DNA from: Eledone cirrhosa
Taxonomy: Eukaryota
NCBI GenBank assembly: GCA_964016885.1
Contig: OZ024745.1
Span: 43,090,001 to 43,154,000, forward strand
Length of the DNA stretch: 64,000 nt
Direction of reading: 5' to 3'
Shown here: positions 53,235 through 64,000 of the stretch, piece after piece
Layout of the letters: each line of letters begins with the position of its first letter
How positions within the stretch are numbered: the stretch's first letter is position 1
Made by a program: the position numbers and the translations under genes
Notes under the pieces: generated by a model
Database searches by the model: none
Seen by the model: the letters and a program-made list of their open reading frames with translations, nothing else
Told to the model about the DNA's origin: nothing

Positions 53235-53403
53235 CAGTGTTTTCCAAAGCTGATTCTGTGAAAAAAAAATTTTTATATAAATATATTTTCTCTATTTCAT
53301 TTAATGTTTTACTACAATGATAGTGGAGATTTTCCATAAACTAACAGTTTAAAAATAAAAAGCATATAAGGATTCCATGAGAAAATAAATTTGGGAACCA
53401 TTG
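53235..53403. mobile_element. hAT-type MITE
   Basis: CAGTGTTTTCCAAA...TTTGGGAACCATTG TIRs; TSD degenerate. Confidence 0.55.
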
Positions 53404-53523
53404 GCATAGAGAGACTCACATGATGAAGTTTATGGCTTGTAAAAACTAACTATTCTGTTAAGATTTAATCTTAAGCAATTTTCAAGTTTTAGTTATGATT
53501 AACATTATTTTTATTGCTTTTAG

Positions 53524-54444
53524 TTCCTGAATTTTCTAGAAGATCATCTTGAAGAAAACAAAGAATTAATAGTATTTGTGAAAAAGCGGTATAATGAATG
53601 TAGTGACTCGTTCCGTTTTTCTAAGGACTTCTTGCAGTTGACAACAGATATACAGTTGAAAATTGAGGCTGAGAAACATCGAATATTTGTGCATCTGAAA
53701 AACTTTTTAGCAGAACTAAAATCCTACCGAGTTACTACAACTCCAAATAATAAACGAAAACAAGTGGAAAATGTGAGTGAGGGGACTAATAAAAAACAAT
53801 GCATTAGCAATTCCTGCTCAGATCTTAGTTCTGACTCTGACTTTTTTAAGAAAAATAATGTGGAGCAGATCAATGAAGGTAAAACTAGAAGGAGTGGAAA
53901 GATTGGACAAGAACAGATAAGTAAACACAGTACAGGTAAAGGGGAAAAGTTAATATCTTGTGAAAAAGATGACAAAATATCTCCCATTATTGAAGACTCC
54001 CTGTCAAACGATTCTGTTTTATCAGACACTAAATCATCTAAATCTTCAGATTTACCTTGTTATTTTCTTGAACATTTACATAAATCAAAATCTCCATCTG
54101 TTGATTTGATATCATTAGATTCCAAGAGTCCTTGTCCAGCATCTTCTAGTAATCATGAAAGTGTTTCAAGTGTTAAACGTAGTTCACCTAATACTGAGTT
54201 ATTGGATTGTAAGGAGCTGTCAAGTCCTGAAGCAATCTCTGACAGTGCACCAGATTCTAAAGCTGAAATAGATGTGGATAGTGAGGGGGAAGTTGAGGGG
54301 GAGAAGTGCAGTGAGAACAATGTACATGAAATACTGCCCTCCCCTAACACTCCTGAGGAAGGTGAAAGTAGCTTAACTGAAGAAAAAAAAAAAAAGAAAA
54401 AAGGATCTGAAAGACAAATAAAACGATTAGAAAAGCTTCTTACT
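53524..54444 (+). CDS. DAXX: DAXX coding exon 2 (helical bundle + linker + start of histone-binding domain)
   Basis: TTTAG|TTCCTG acceptor; FLNFLEDHLEENKELIVFVKKRY...SKDF...RIFVHLKNFLAELKSY aligns to the DAXX Rassf1C-interacting bundle; ends GSERQIKRLEKLLT|GTAAGT (human GSRRQIQRLEQLL). Confidence 0.92.
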
Positions 54445-54738
54445 GTAAGTATTACTGAATTGCTCTTATTTATTTAAAGTCAACTTTGCTTTTCGTCCTT
54501 ACTGGATTGATAAAATGAAGTACCAGTTAAGTACTGGAGTTCATATAATTAATTAACTCTCCTCTTTCTCTAATTTGCTGGTCTTTTGCCAATGTTAAAA
54601 AGGATTTAATTATTTAATTTGAAATATTAACTGAAAATCTACAGTGTGAAAGGGAAGAAAATATCTGCTGTTGTGTGTGTATGTGTGTTTGCTTCTGGAT
54701 TTGCAGGAGACAATTATATATGTATCATATAATGTATA

Positions 54739-55211
54739 CTGTTGACGAAGAAGGGTTTCTCCCTGCGTACGAAAGGCCGGTTGTATGATGCCTGTGTGAG
54801 GAGCGCGATGCTGCATGGTAGTGAGACATGGGCAGCAACTGCAGAGGATATGCGACGGCTGGAGAGAAATGAGGCAAGCATGCTCCGTTGGATGTGCGTG
54901 AACGACCCAGCATAAATGTGTTGAGAGAGAAACTGTGTCTGAGAGGGATAGAATGTAGTGTACGGGAGAGGAGACTGAGGTGGTATGGACATGTGATGCG
55001 CATGGAGGATGACCGATGGGTGAAGAAGTGCCAGGAAATGCCAGTTGAAGGAAGACGTGGTAGAGGTAGACCACGAAAAACATGGGCGGAGGTGGTGAGA
55101 ACAGATCTCAGATCATTGAAGCTCACGGTGGAGAGATGCTGTGCTGAATAAGACCCGTCCCACCCTTGCAAGCAGGGAAAAGCGGACGTAAAATGATGAT
55201 GATGATGATGA
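54739..55211 (+). mobile_element. 5'-truncated RTE LINE in a DAXX intron
   Basis: Nearly identical to 63273-63768, with (ATG)n tail. Confidence 0.9.
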
Positions 55212-56859
55212 ATGTATCCGTTGGGAGACGTGGTATATGAAGTATTGGATATCGACAACCTCTCTAGTGTTGGTGCCAGAGTAAAACACACCCAGTGCAC
55301 TCTGTAAAGTGGTTGGTGATAGGAAAGGCATCCAGCCATAGAAAACTTGCCAAACAAATGATGGAGGGGACTCTTCAGTTGTGTCAAAGACATTAGAACC
55401 TCCCTGGTATTGGTACCATGATAAAATGTATGGTGCACTTTGCAGATTGCAAGATTAGTAGCTCCAGTTGAGTACTGACTTGGTCGGTGATAACCTGTGC
55501 AACTCTTGCTGGCACTAGGAGCTTTTTTCATGGCACCAGTTCTACATGTTTATTTGATTAGAAGATTATTATTTTTGATTATGTGATGATCATACATAAT
55601 GTTCTTAATGCAAACTTGTTGATATTGTGGACATTTCTCACTTGTGTTTTCATTAACCAGCCAGAAAGGTAATTGTATTTGAGACAAAGTTGCAATTAAA
55701 AGGAGGTTATTAGAAAAATTAAATATTACTGTTTACAAAAGTGAACCCTAAAATTCCAGTCTTCAACAGCACAACACTGCTAATAATAGAGATAATATAT
55801 TAGAGAAAAATGTATGTAGCGAATAGTTTCTGGTTACTAGTTGACCCTTTAAATAATAGATTTTATGTATTCCACAAGGTTATTCAGTCATGGCTCTCCC
55901 TTTCTGTGGTCAAATAATCTTGTTTATTTTTAATATAAAATTATAGAAAAAGAAAAGAAATAGAACATATAATGTAATAATTGAACAATTAATATAAAGT
56001 TAAATTTTGTCGCATATCTGGAGGCTCATCAGGCTGGTGCTTCTAGTCTCTGATGTCAAGTGACAGAGTACAAGACTTCCCCATGGACAGCACGGCAGTC
56101 CATCACAGTTAACTCCACCGTTACTGCGTGTACTCATTTTTAGCTAAGTGTACTGGAGCAATGTGAAATGAAACGTTTTACTCAAGAACTCAATGTAGCA
56201 CCCTGTCCAGAAATCAAACCCACAGCATTATTATTGTAAATCCAACACTCTAACCACTTGACCCCAGGGAAAACACATAAAAGAAGTTCTGGCAAATTAC
56301 TGGTGCTTTGCAAAATGAAAAGGAAGAAATGGGAATAAATATAAAGGACCAGTTTAGCCTCAGTACATGACAGCCTGTCTAAACAATGCAAATATGGAAA
56401 ATAGATGTTAAACTGATGATAATTAATGCTGAGTAAAACTGAAAATCATTGGCAAAAATGACGAAAAGACTTTATTGAAGAATAATGTACACCAACTCTT
56501 AACATCCTGTAATGATTTAGCAGAAAACATTTAAAAATGGGTTTATTAATTCAAATGTTTATAGTATTTTTACTAGTGGACAGATTGTGAAAGTTTGCAG
56601 TATTTGAGTAAAGACTTTTGTTTTTAATGTGATATACAACCATAGTGCTATTTTCCAGTTTTCAAGAATGTCTTCTTATGTGGTTAAGAGTTAAACAATT
56701 AATATATTTAAAATATTTTATTGATTTTCTTTTTTCTTATGTTTCCTTGAGTAATTGTTTTAAAATTTTATTACATAAGTCACCTTGTGGGTATTTGATA
56801 TTTCTTCTCTATATCTCTTTCTCTCTCTCTATTTTACACATATATATTATTGGTAAAAG

Positions 56860-57052
56860 GAAATCAGTAAGGAAATAGAGACTGCAAATGAAAAAGAACT
56901 TGATCTTGATGAAATGGAAAATGATGATTCAGCTTATCTTTATGAAGATCGGTTGAAAAAAAAGTTTGTAAAAGTTTGGGAAAAGTTATGTGAACTTAAA
57001 AATCAAGATACTACCACAGGAAGACCAACTGAAAAGAAATTTCATTATAATG
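56860..57052 (+). CDS. DAXX: DAXX coding exon 3 (histone-binding domain)
   Basis: EISKEIETANEKELDLDEMENDDSAYLYEDRLKKKFVKVWEKLCELK...TGRPTEKKFHYNG|GTATGT matches human EKELDLSELDDPDSAYLQEARLKRK...LCELK...TGR. Acceptor (AAAAG|G) is atypical, so the start is less certain. Confidence 0.88.
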
Positions 57053-58099
57053 GTATGTTAATCTTGTTAATATTGGTATATTAATGGTTTATTTATATTA
57101 TGTTAATTTTGTTAATATTAATATGTTTATTATATGTTAATCTAGTTAATATTATTGGTATGTTAATCTAGTTAATATTGGTATATTAATCTTGTTTATA
57201 CTGGTATGTTAATCTAGTTAGTATTAATATGTTAATTATGGTATGTTAATTATGAGAGACAGGTTAGATAAACTGACTCAGTATTTCCATATTTCTGATG
57301 ACTCCTAGAATCCAGCCTGTGGCCATCCTGGATACAACAGACTTGCCCATGTCCAATCTTTTATTGAGCAGACATGCCAAATAATAATAATAATGAAAGT
57401 TATTGTGTACAGTGCTCAGGTGCACTACAACTCATCAAAGGTGCATGTATAGTTCATAGAATAATGTACAAATGTTAGGAAAGTGAACAGTATATGAGTC
57501 ACACCAGGTGTAGTGTTGGCAAATTTTGAGAAGCATGGAAGTTTTGAAGTATGCAGTGTCCTGACAGCTAACAACTGATGCAGGTAGTTTGTTCCATGCT
57601 TCAGTAACTCTGAGCGTGGAAAAATGTTTCCGAAAGCCATTAGAGCTGTACTATTTTCTGATAGACATGTGGAATTCAAAAAGTTGCTCAGCTTTGTTAG
57701 AAAGTTGGTTAATAATCTTGAACATTTCCAGCAATTGATATAAACAAACTTCTAGGTATGTATATGTTGAGAGTTAAATGAAGTAATATTTTTCCATGTT
57801 TTTGCTCATGTTTTATGATACTGCATTGTTTATGTAATTTAATGAAATGTAAATATAATGAACTTTTTTTGCAATATCCTTTAGAAAATTTATTTTTGAA
57901 CATTCTTTGAAAATTTCATGTGTTTATCTTTATAAACTTGGAGCAATTTTAGAATGGGCTTGTTAAATAACTATCAATTTTCACTATTCAGCTTAGGGAT
58001 CTAGTATCAAGATATGTTGTTCAGGGAAGCAATCAGAGGTGGCCATTAGGGAAGAAAGAGTTAATAATGGTGTATTATTCTGGTTATGTTAATACTATT

Positions 58100-58535
58100 A
58101 ATGGTATGTTAATCTAGTTAATATTGATACATTAATCTAGTTAATAATGGCATGTTAATCTAGTTAATATTGGATGGTAATCTTGTTAATATTGGTATGT
58201 TAATCTAGTTAATATTGGTATGTTAATCTAGTTAATATTAGTATGGTAATCTAGTTAATATTGGTATGTTAATCTAGTTAGTATTGGTATATTAATCTAG
58301 TTAATATTGGTATGTTAATCTAATTAATATTGGTATGTTAATCTAGTTAATATTGGTATAGTAATCTAGTTAATATTGGTATGTTAATCTAGTTAATATT
58401 GGTATGTTAATCTAATTAATATTGGTATGTTAATCTAGTTAATATTGGTATATTAATCGAGTTAATATTGGTATAGTAATCTAGTTAATATTGGTATATT
58501 AATCTTGTTAATATTGGTATGTTTATCTAGTTAAT
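58100..58535. repeat. 23-bp minisatellite (TAATCTAGTTAATATTGGTATGT)n
   Basis: About 18 units; a diverged tract of the same unit at 57050-57250. Confidence 0.9.
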
Positions 58536-58692
58536 CTTGTGTTAATCATCATTATCATCATCCTTTTTACATCTGTTTTCCACACTCTCATGGGTAGTAT
58601 TGGCGTGTTAATGTTTATTTATGAAAAAAAAATCATTATTAAATCCTTAGTGCTAGTTGACTGGTTTGTGCAATCAGCTGCATTCCTTTTTG

Positions 58693-58751
<59 letters not shown>

Positions 58752-58819
58752 TTATATATATATATATGTTTATATATATATCATCATCATCATCATTTTA
58801 CGTCCGCTTTTCCCTGTAT

Positions 58820-58876
<57 letters not shown>

Positions 58877-58975
58877 TATATATATGTTTATATATATATA
58901 TATATATATATGTTTATATATTTATATATATATATATATATATGTTTATATATATATATATATGTTTATATATAT

Positions 58976-59010
<35 letters not shown>

Positions 59011-59101
59011 TATATATATATATATGTTTATATATATATGTTTATATATATATTAAGAGAGTAAAACAAAGAATCCTTTAATACATCAAAAGTTTTTATT
59101 A

Positions 59102-59139
59102 GCCGACAATGTTTCGTCCTATTAAGGACTCATCAGGGC
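59102..59139 (-). ncRNA. minimal type I hammerhead ribozyme
   Basis: Minus: gcc-CTGATGA-gtcct taat aggac-GAAA-c att g-TC-ggc; canonical core, GUC cleavage triplet; lies in a ~340-bp insert (59055-59395) between (AT)n tracts. Confidence 0.75.
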
Positions 59140-59394
59140 AATCAAAACAACAAGAGGTAATTTCGGCAGATACAAGCCAGAAACTCTGAAGAATATGGAG
59201 TTTACATACACTAATGTCTTACAAAGATATACGATAATAAAAATGAAGATAAAAATAATAAAATTATAATAACTAAGGATGTAGATAACATTAAGAACCA
59301 TATTACAAATATAGTTCAAAGTCACCAACTTACTGTCATTTCTATAATACGAAGAGGGTGTTTGACTCAAACACGCTCCAGTATTCTAATCCTT

Positions 59395-59445
<51 letters not shown>

Positions 59446-59461
59446 TATATATATATATGTT

Positions 59462-59531
<70 letters not shown>

Positions 59532-59590
59532 TATATATATGTAAATATATATATATATATGTTTATATATATGTAAATATATATATATAT

Positions 59591-59935
59591 ATCATCATCA
59601 TCATCATTTCATTTTACATCCGCTTTTTCCCTGCTTGCAAGGGTGGGATGGGAACTGATGCTGGCTTGATTTCTACAGCTGGATGCCCTTCCTAACACCA
59701 ACCTCATTTACAGTGAGTGCTGGGTGCTTTTTTGCCGTGGCACCTCCACGACCACTTTACAGTGGAATGATAGGGACACCAGTCCCTATCATCTCATTTC
59801 TACAGCTGAGTAAACTGGAGCAATGTGAAATAAAGTGCCTTGCTCAAGGAAACAACACATCACCCGGTCTGAGAATTGAACTCACAACCTTTCGATTGCA
59901 AGGCCAATGCTCTAAGCACTAAGCCATGTGCCTCC
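59591..59935 (-). mobile_element. SINE family A
   Basis: Near-identical to 856-1192. Confidence 0.85.
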
Positions 59936-60099
59936 ATATGTTTATGCTGTTCCACTCATATGTTTATATATATGTAAATATATATATATATGTTTATATA
60001 TATGTAAATATATATATATATATGTTTATATATATGTAAATATATATATATACATATATATATGTTTATATATATATACATATATATATATGTCATATT

Positions 60100-60760
<661 letters not shown>

Positions 60761-60764
60761 TGTT

Positions 60765-61720
60765 ATACTTTGGGAGGGACATGTTGCCAATAAGAAACAC
60801 ACGCACCAGTTGCTTTCACTTCAATTTATTATAATAAATTTATAAATTTCTGGTTGGTTGGTTGGTTCCACAACCAGATAGTTGTTTATATATTGTCATA
60901 GTTCTTTCGTCACAGACTCTGTGACCTCTTCAGTGACTGGGGATTCCTTTCTTTGTTCTGTCCTATGCCATTTTGTTTCTGTGTGTGTGTTGTGTGCTCA
61001 GTCTGCGCATGCGCCACATCCGGGTGTCTGTGTGTGTTTATGTTCATTTATTTATTTGTTTATTTACATGTTACTGGTTGGTTGTTTGTTCTATGTGTGT
61101 GTGTGTTTTCATTTTGTCCTTAATTGTAAGTTGTGATGTTGCTGTTCCACTCATATTTTCTATTTAATTTTGGTTGTAATTCTTTTATGTTTATTGCCTC
61201 TGTAATTTGTCTAAACATTGCGTCTTTTCTGTGTGTAGATTCTATTTTTATTTCTATGTTCTCTAATTTACCCTTGTGTTCTATTTTAGCATGTTGGTAG
61301 AGTACAGATGATTTTTTTACTATCTTGAAGGTCTCGCCAGTGTTCATTTATCCGTTCCCCTACACTACGAGCTGTCTCACCTATGTACACTATATTTTTG
61401 TCTCTACATTGTCCTTCAGTACATCTTATGCTATACACTACATTTCTAGTTTTACAGTTAATATGGGGGCTTATTTTACAGGTTATACATTTCTTATCTA
61501 TACATGAGGGTCTTTGAAAAGGGTATGTCTTGCTAATAAGTGTTTTTACGGAGGTACCTGGTCTTTCTACTATCTTAATATTGAGTTTATGTTTATTTAG
61601 GGCCCTTCTAAATTTGTAAGCTAATTCACCTCTAGGGGTTGTATCGATGAACATTACACTCTGGTATTTATTGCTCTCATACCATGAGTTTATTCTATTA
61701 GCCTTGTTCCTACTTGTTCC
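60765..61720 (-). mobile_element. PLE family 2: GIY-YIG endonuclease fragment + 3' UTR with hammerhead (60895-60937)
   Basis: VMFIDTTPRGEL...VERPG...CIDKKCITC...CKTRNVVYSIRC...YIGETARSVGERINEH...HAKIEH...RQITEAINI; cut at its 5' side by the RTE insertion. Confidence 0.85.
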
Positions 61721-63768
61721 CAGCACAGTAGATAAGGCTATTAGAGACAAAAGACTAGCATGGAAGGCTTGGAAAAAGGGTGGGAGTAGGGAAGAATATA
61801 CAGCCACTAAGAGAGAAGCTAGATGTCAGGTGTACTTAGCACGCAGGGAGGCAGAGAGTAGGAGGTTTGCCAATGTTCTGCGATGGGAAGATCAGAGGCG
61901 TGCGGTGTTCCACATGCAAGGCAGTGTGTCAATGCAAATCAGGATGTTGTTGGAGATAAATGTGTCCGGGATGATGCCGGTGTACTTAGTGTCACGAATG
62001 ATCAGAAAAAGGAGGCCTGGAAATGTCATTATGAGAGACTAATGAATGTGGAGAACAAATGGGAGAGAGAGAAATTACCCTTGGTAGATCCGACAGAGGG
62101 ACCAGCTATTGAGATTGACGAATATAGGGTCCAAGTTGCAATTAGGGAAATGAAAAATGGTAAGGCTGCCGGACCATCGGGAATAGTTGCTGAGATGCTG
62201 AAGGCATCAGGGGACGGAGGCACTAAACTGGTTGCACGCATCATCAATCAAGCTATATATGGTGGTGTCATACCCAATTTCTCATAAATTGCTACAAAGG
62301 TAAAGGGGATGCTCTTGAGAGGAGCAATTATAGGGGTATAAAACTGATGGATCAGGTTATGAAAATGGCAGAAAGGATATTAGCACAACTAATTAGAGAA
62401 AGGGTCAAACTAGATGAGATGCAGTTTGGTTTTGTGCCTGGGAAGAGTACAACAGATGCCCTCTTCTTGGTGAGACAATTGCAAGAGAGGTTCTTAGAGA
62501 AAAATAAGCCACTATACTTAGCCTTTGTTGACCTAGAGAAGGCCTTTGATAGGGTACCCCAATCTGTCATCTGGTGGTCCCTAAGGAAGCTAGGTGTTGA
62601 GGAATGGCTTGTGAGGACAGTGCAAACTTTGTACAGAGGTACTCTCAGTAAAGTCAGGGTAGGAATGGAGTTTAGTGAGGAATTCCAGATACAAGTAGGA
62701 GTACATCAGGGTTCGGTCCTCAGCCCGCTCTTGTTCATTATAGTCCTCCAAGCCATAACAGAGGAGTTTAAGACTGGCTGTCCATGGGAACTTCTCTATG
62801 CTGACGATATGGTTCTTATAGCAGAATCAGTAGCGGAGCTAGAGAATAAATTCTGGCTATGGAAACAGCAGTTGGAAGCAAGAGGACTGAGAGTGCATCT
62901 AGCTAAGACAAAAGTGTTGATGAGTAGAAAAGAGGACAAAACCCTGATTCCGTAAGGGAAATGGCCATGTTCGATATGCAGAAAAGGAACTGGCATAAAT
63001 TCTATAAAATGCACACAATGCAGATCCTGGGTACACAAGAGATGTAGCGAGATAGCAAGCAAACTAACAGGTAGGGAGAAATATGTATGCAGTAGATGTA
63101 CAGGGAAATTAGACAGTAGAAGTCGCATTGATAGACACATTTTTCAAATGCAAGAGGGCGCTATAGAAGTGGTGGATAGCTTCCGGTACCTAGGAGATTA
63201 GATTAGCGTGTTCCGAGGCCATAGTATCTAGAATAAGGACGGGTTGGAAGAAGTTTAGGGAGCTGCTTCCTCTGTTGACGAAGAAGGGTTTCTCCCTGCG
63301 TACGAAAGGCCGGTTGTATGATGCCTGTGTGAGGAGCGCGATGCTGCATGGTAGTGAGACATGGGCAGCAACTGCAGAGGATATGCGATGGCTGGAGAGA
63401 AATGAGGCAAGCATGCTCCGTTGGATGTGCAGTGTAAATGTGCGTGAACGACCCAGCATAAATGTGTTGAGAGAGAAACTGTGTCTGAGAGGGATAGAAT
63501 GTAGTGTATGGGAGAGGAGACTGAGGTGGTATGGACATGTGATGCGCATGGAGGATGACCGATGGGTGAAGAAGTGCCAGGAAATGCCAGTTGAAGGAAG
63601 ACGTGGTAGAGGTAGACCACGAAAAACATGGGCAGAGGTGGTGAGAACAGATCTCAGATCATTGAAGCTCACGGTGGAGATGACGAGGGGAGAGATGCTG
63701 TGCTGAATAAGACCCGTCCCACCCTTGCAAGCAGGGAAAAGCGGACGTAAAATGATGATGATGATGAT
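61721..63768 (+). mobile_element. RTE-clade LINE, 5'-truncated, disrupted RT ORF
   Basis: GKAAGPSGI, QFGFVPGKSTTDA, FVDLEKAFDRV, GVHQGSVLSPLLF, LLYADD, a Cys-rich insert WPCSIC..C..C..WVHKRC, LRWYGHVMRM, GRGRPRKTW, (ATG)n tail; frameshifts and stops. Confidence 0.95.
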
Positions 63769-63782
63769 ATATATATATATAT

Positions 63783-64000
63783 ATATTAGAAAGTGAGGGT
63801 TTTTTTACAAAATGAAAAATAACCGAGGTGTCCTACACGAGTGAAAGTATAAAGAAAAAGAGATGAAATTGAAAATGCAACTGGAGTCTTATTTTTTTAA
63901 AAAATATATATATTTATTTGGTTCCTTTACCGGTTTCGCAGTTCTTCTGCTTTTCAAAAGGTGAGTTGAGATGGAGGGTCTGTGGTTTTTCTCACATATA
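63783..64000 (-). mobile_element. 3' end of PLE family 1 with U3-A8 hammerhead (63924-63961)
   Basis: Reverse complement of ~27215-27425, ending in (AT)n. Confidence 0.85.

Noticed and set aside
61286-61807. 173-aa ORF as a single protein
   Set aside because: Chimeric: the first ~30 residues are antisense RTE sequence and the rest is the PLE endonuclease region.

Overview
AT-rich, repeat-dense animal genomic DNA. The SINE/RTE/Penelope repertoire and (AT)n/(ATAC)n load suggest an octopod cephalopod (inference). Host genes: first coding exon of a beta-hexosaminidase (HEXA/HEXB-like, minus, ~8.0-8.4 kb), an intronless ankyrin ORF resembling only the N-terminus of ANKLE1 (minus, 19.6-20.8 kb), and three coding exons of DAXX (plus, 51.6-57.1 kb, continuing past the window). 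The rest is mobile DNA: a nearly intact Penelope-like element (RT + GIY-YIG), a second PLE fragment, RTE, R4, CRE, I-group and CR1-like LINE pieces, two tRNA-SINE families, piggyBac/Tc1/hAT MITEs and a non-autonomous Helitron. The most notable signal is non-coding: a 468-bp tandem array (5 direct units plus ~1.4 inverted, 32.3-35.4 kb) in which every full unit carries a perfect minimal type I hammerhead ribozyme. It is a candidate retrozyme/circular-RNA element. It sits in an (AT)n nest, and the window holds at least five other distinct hammerhead-type motifs at PLE-like 3' ends, including a U3-A8 core variant. All calls are by eye; no database searches or folding programs were run.
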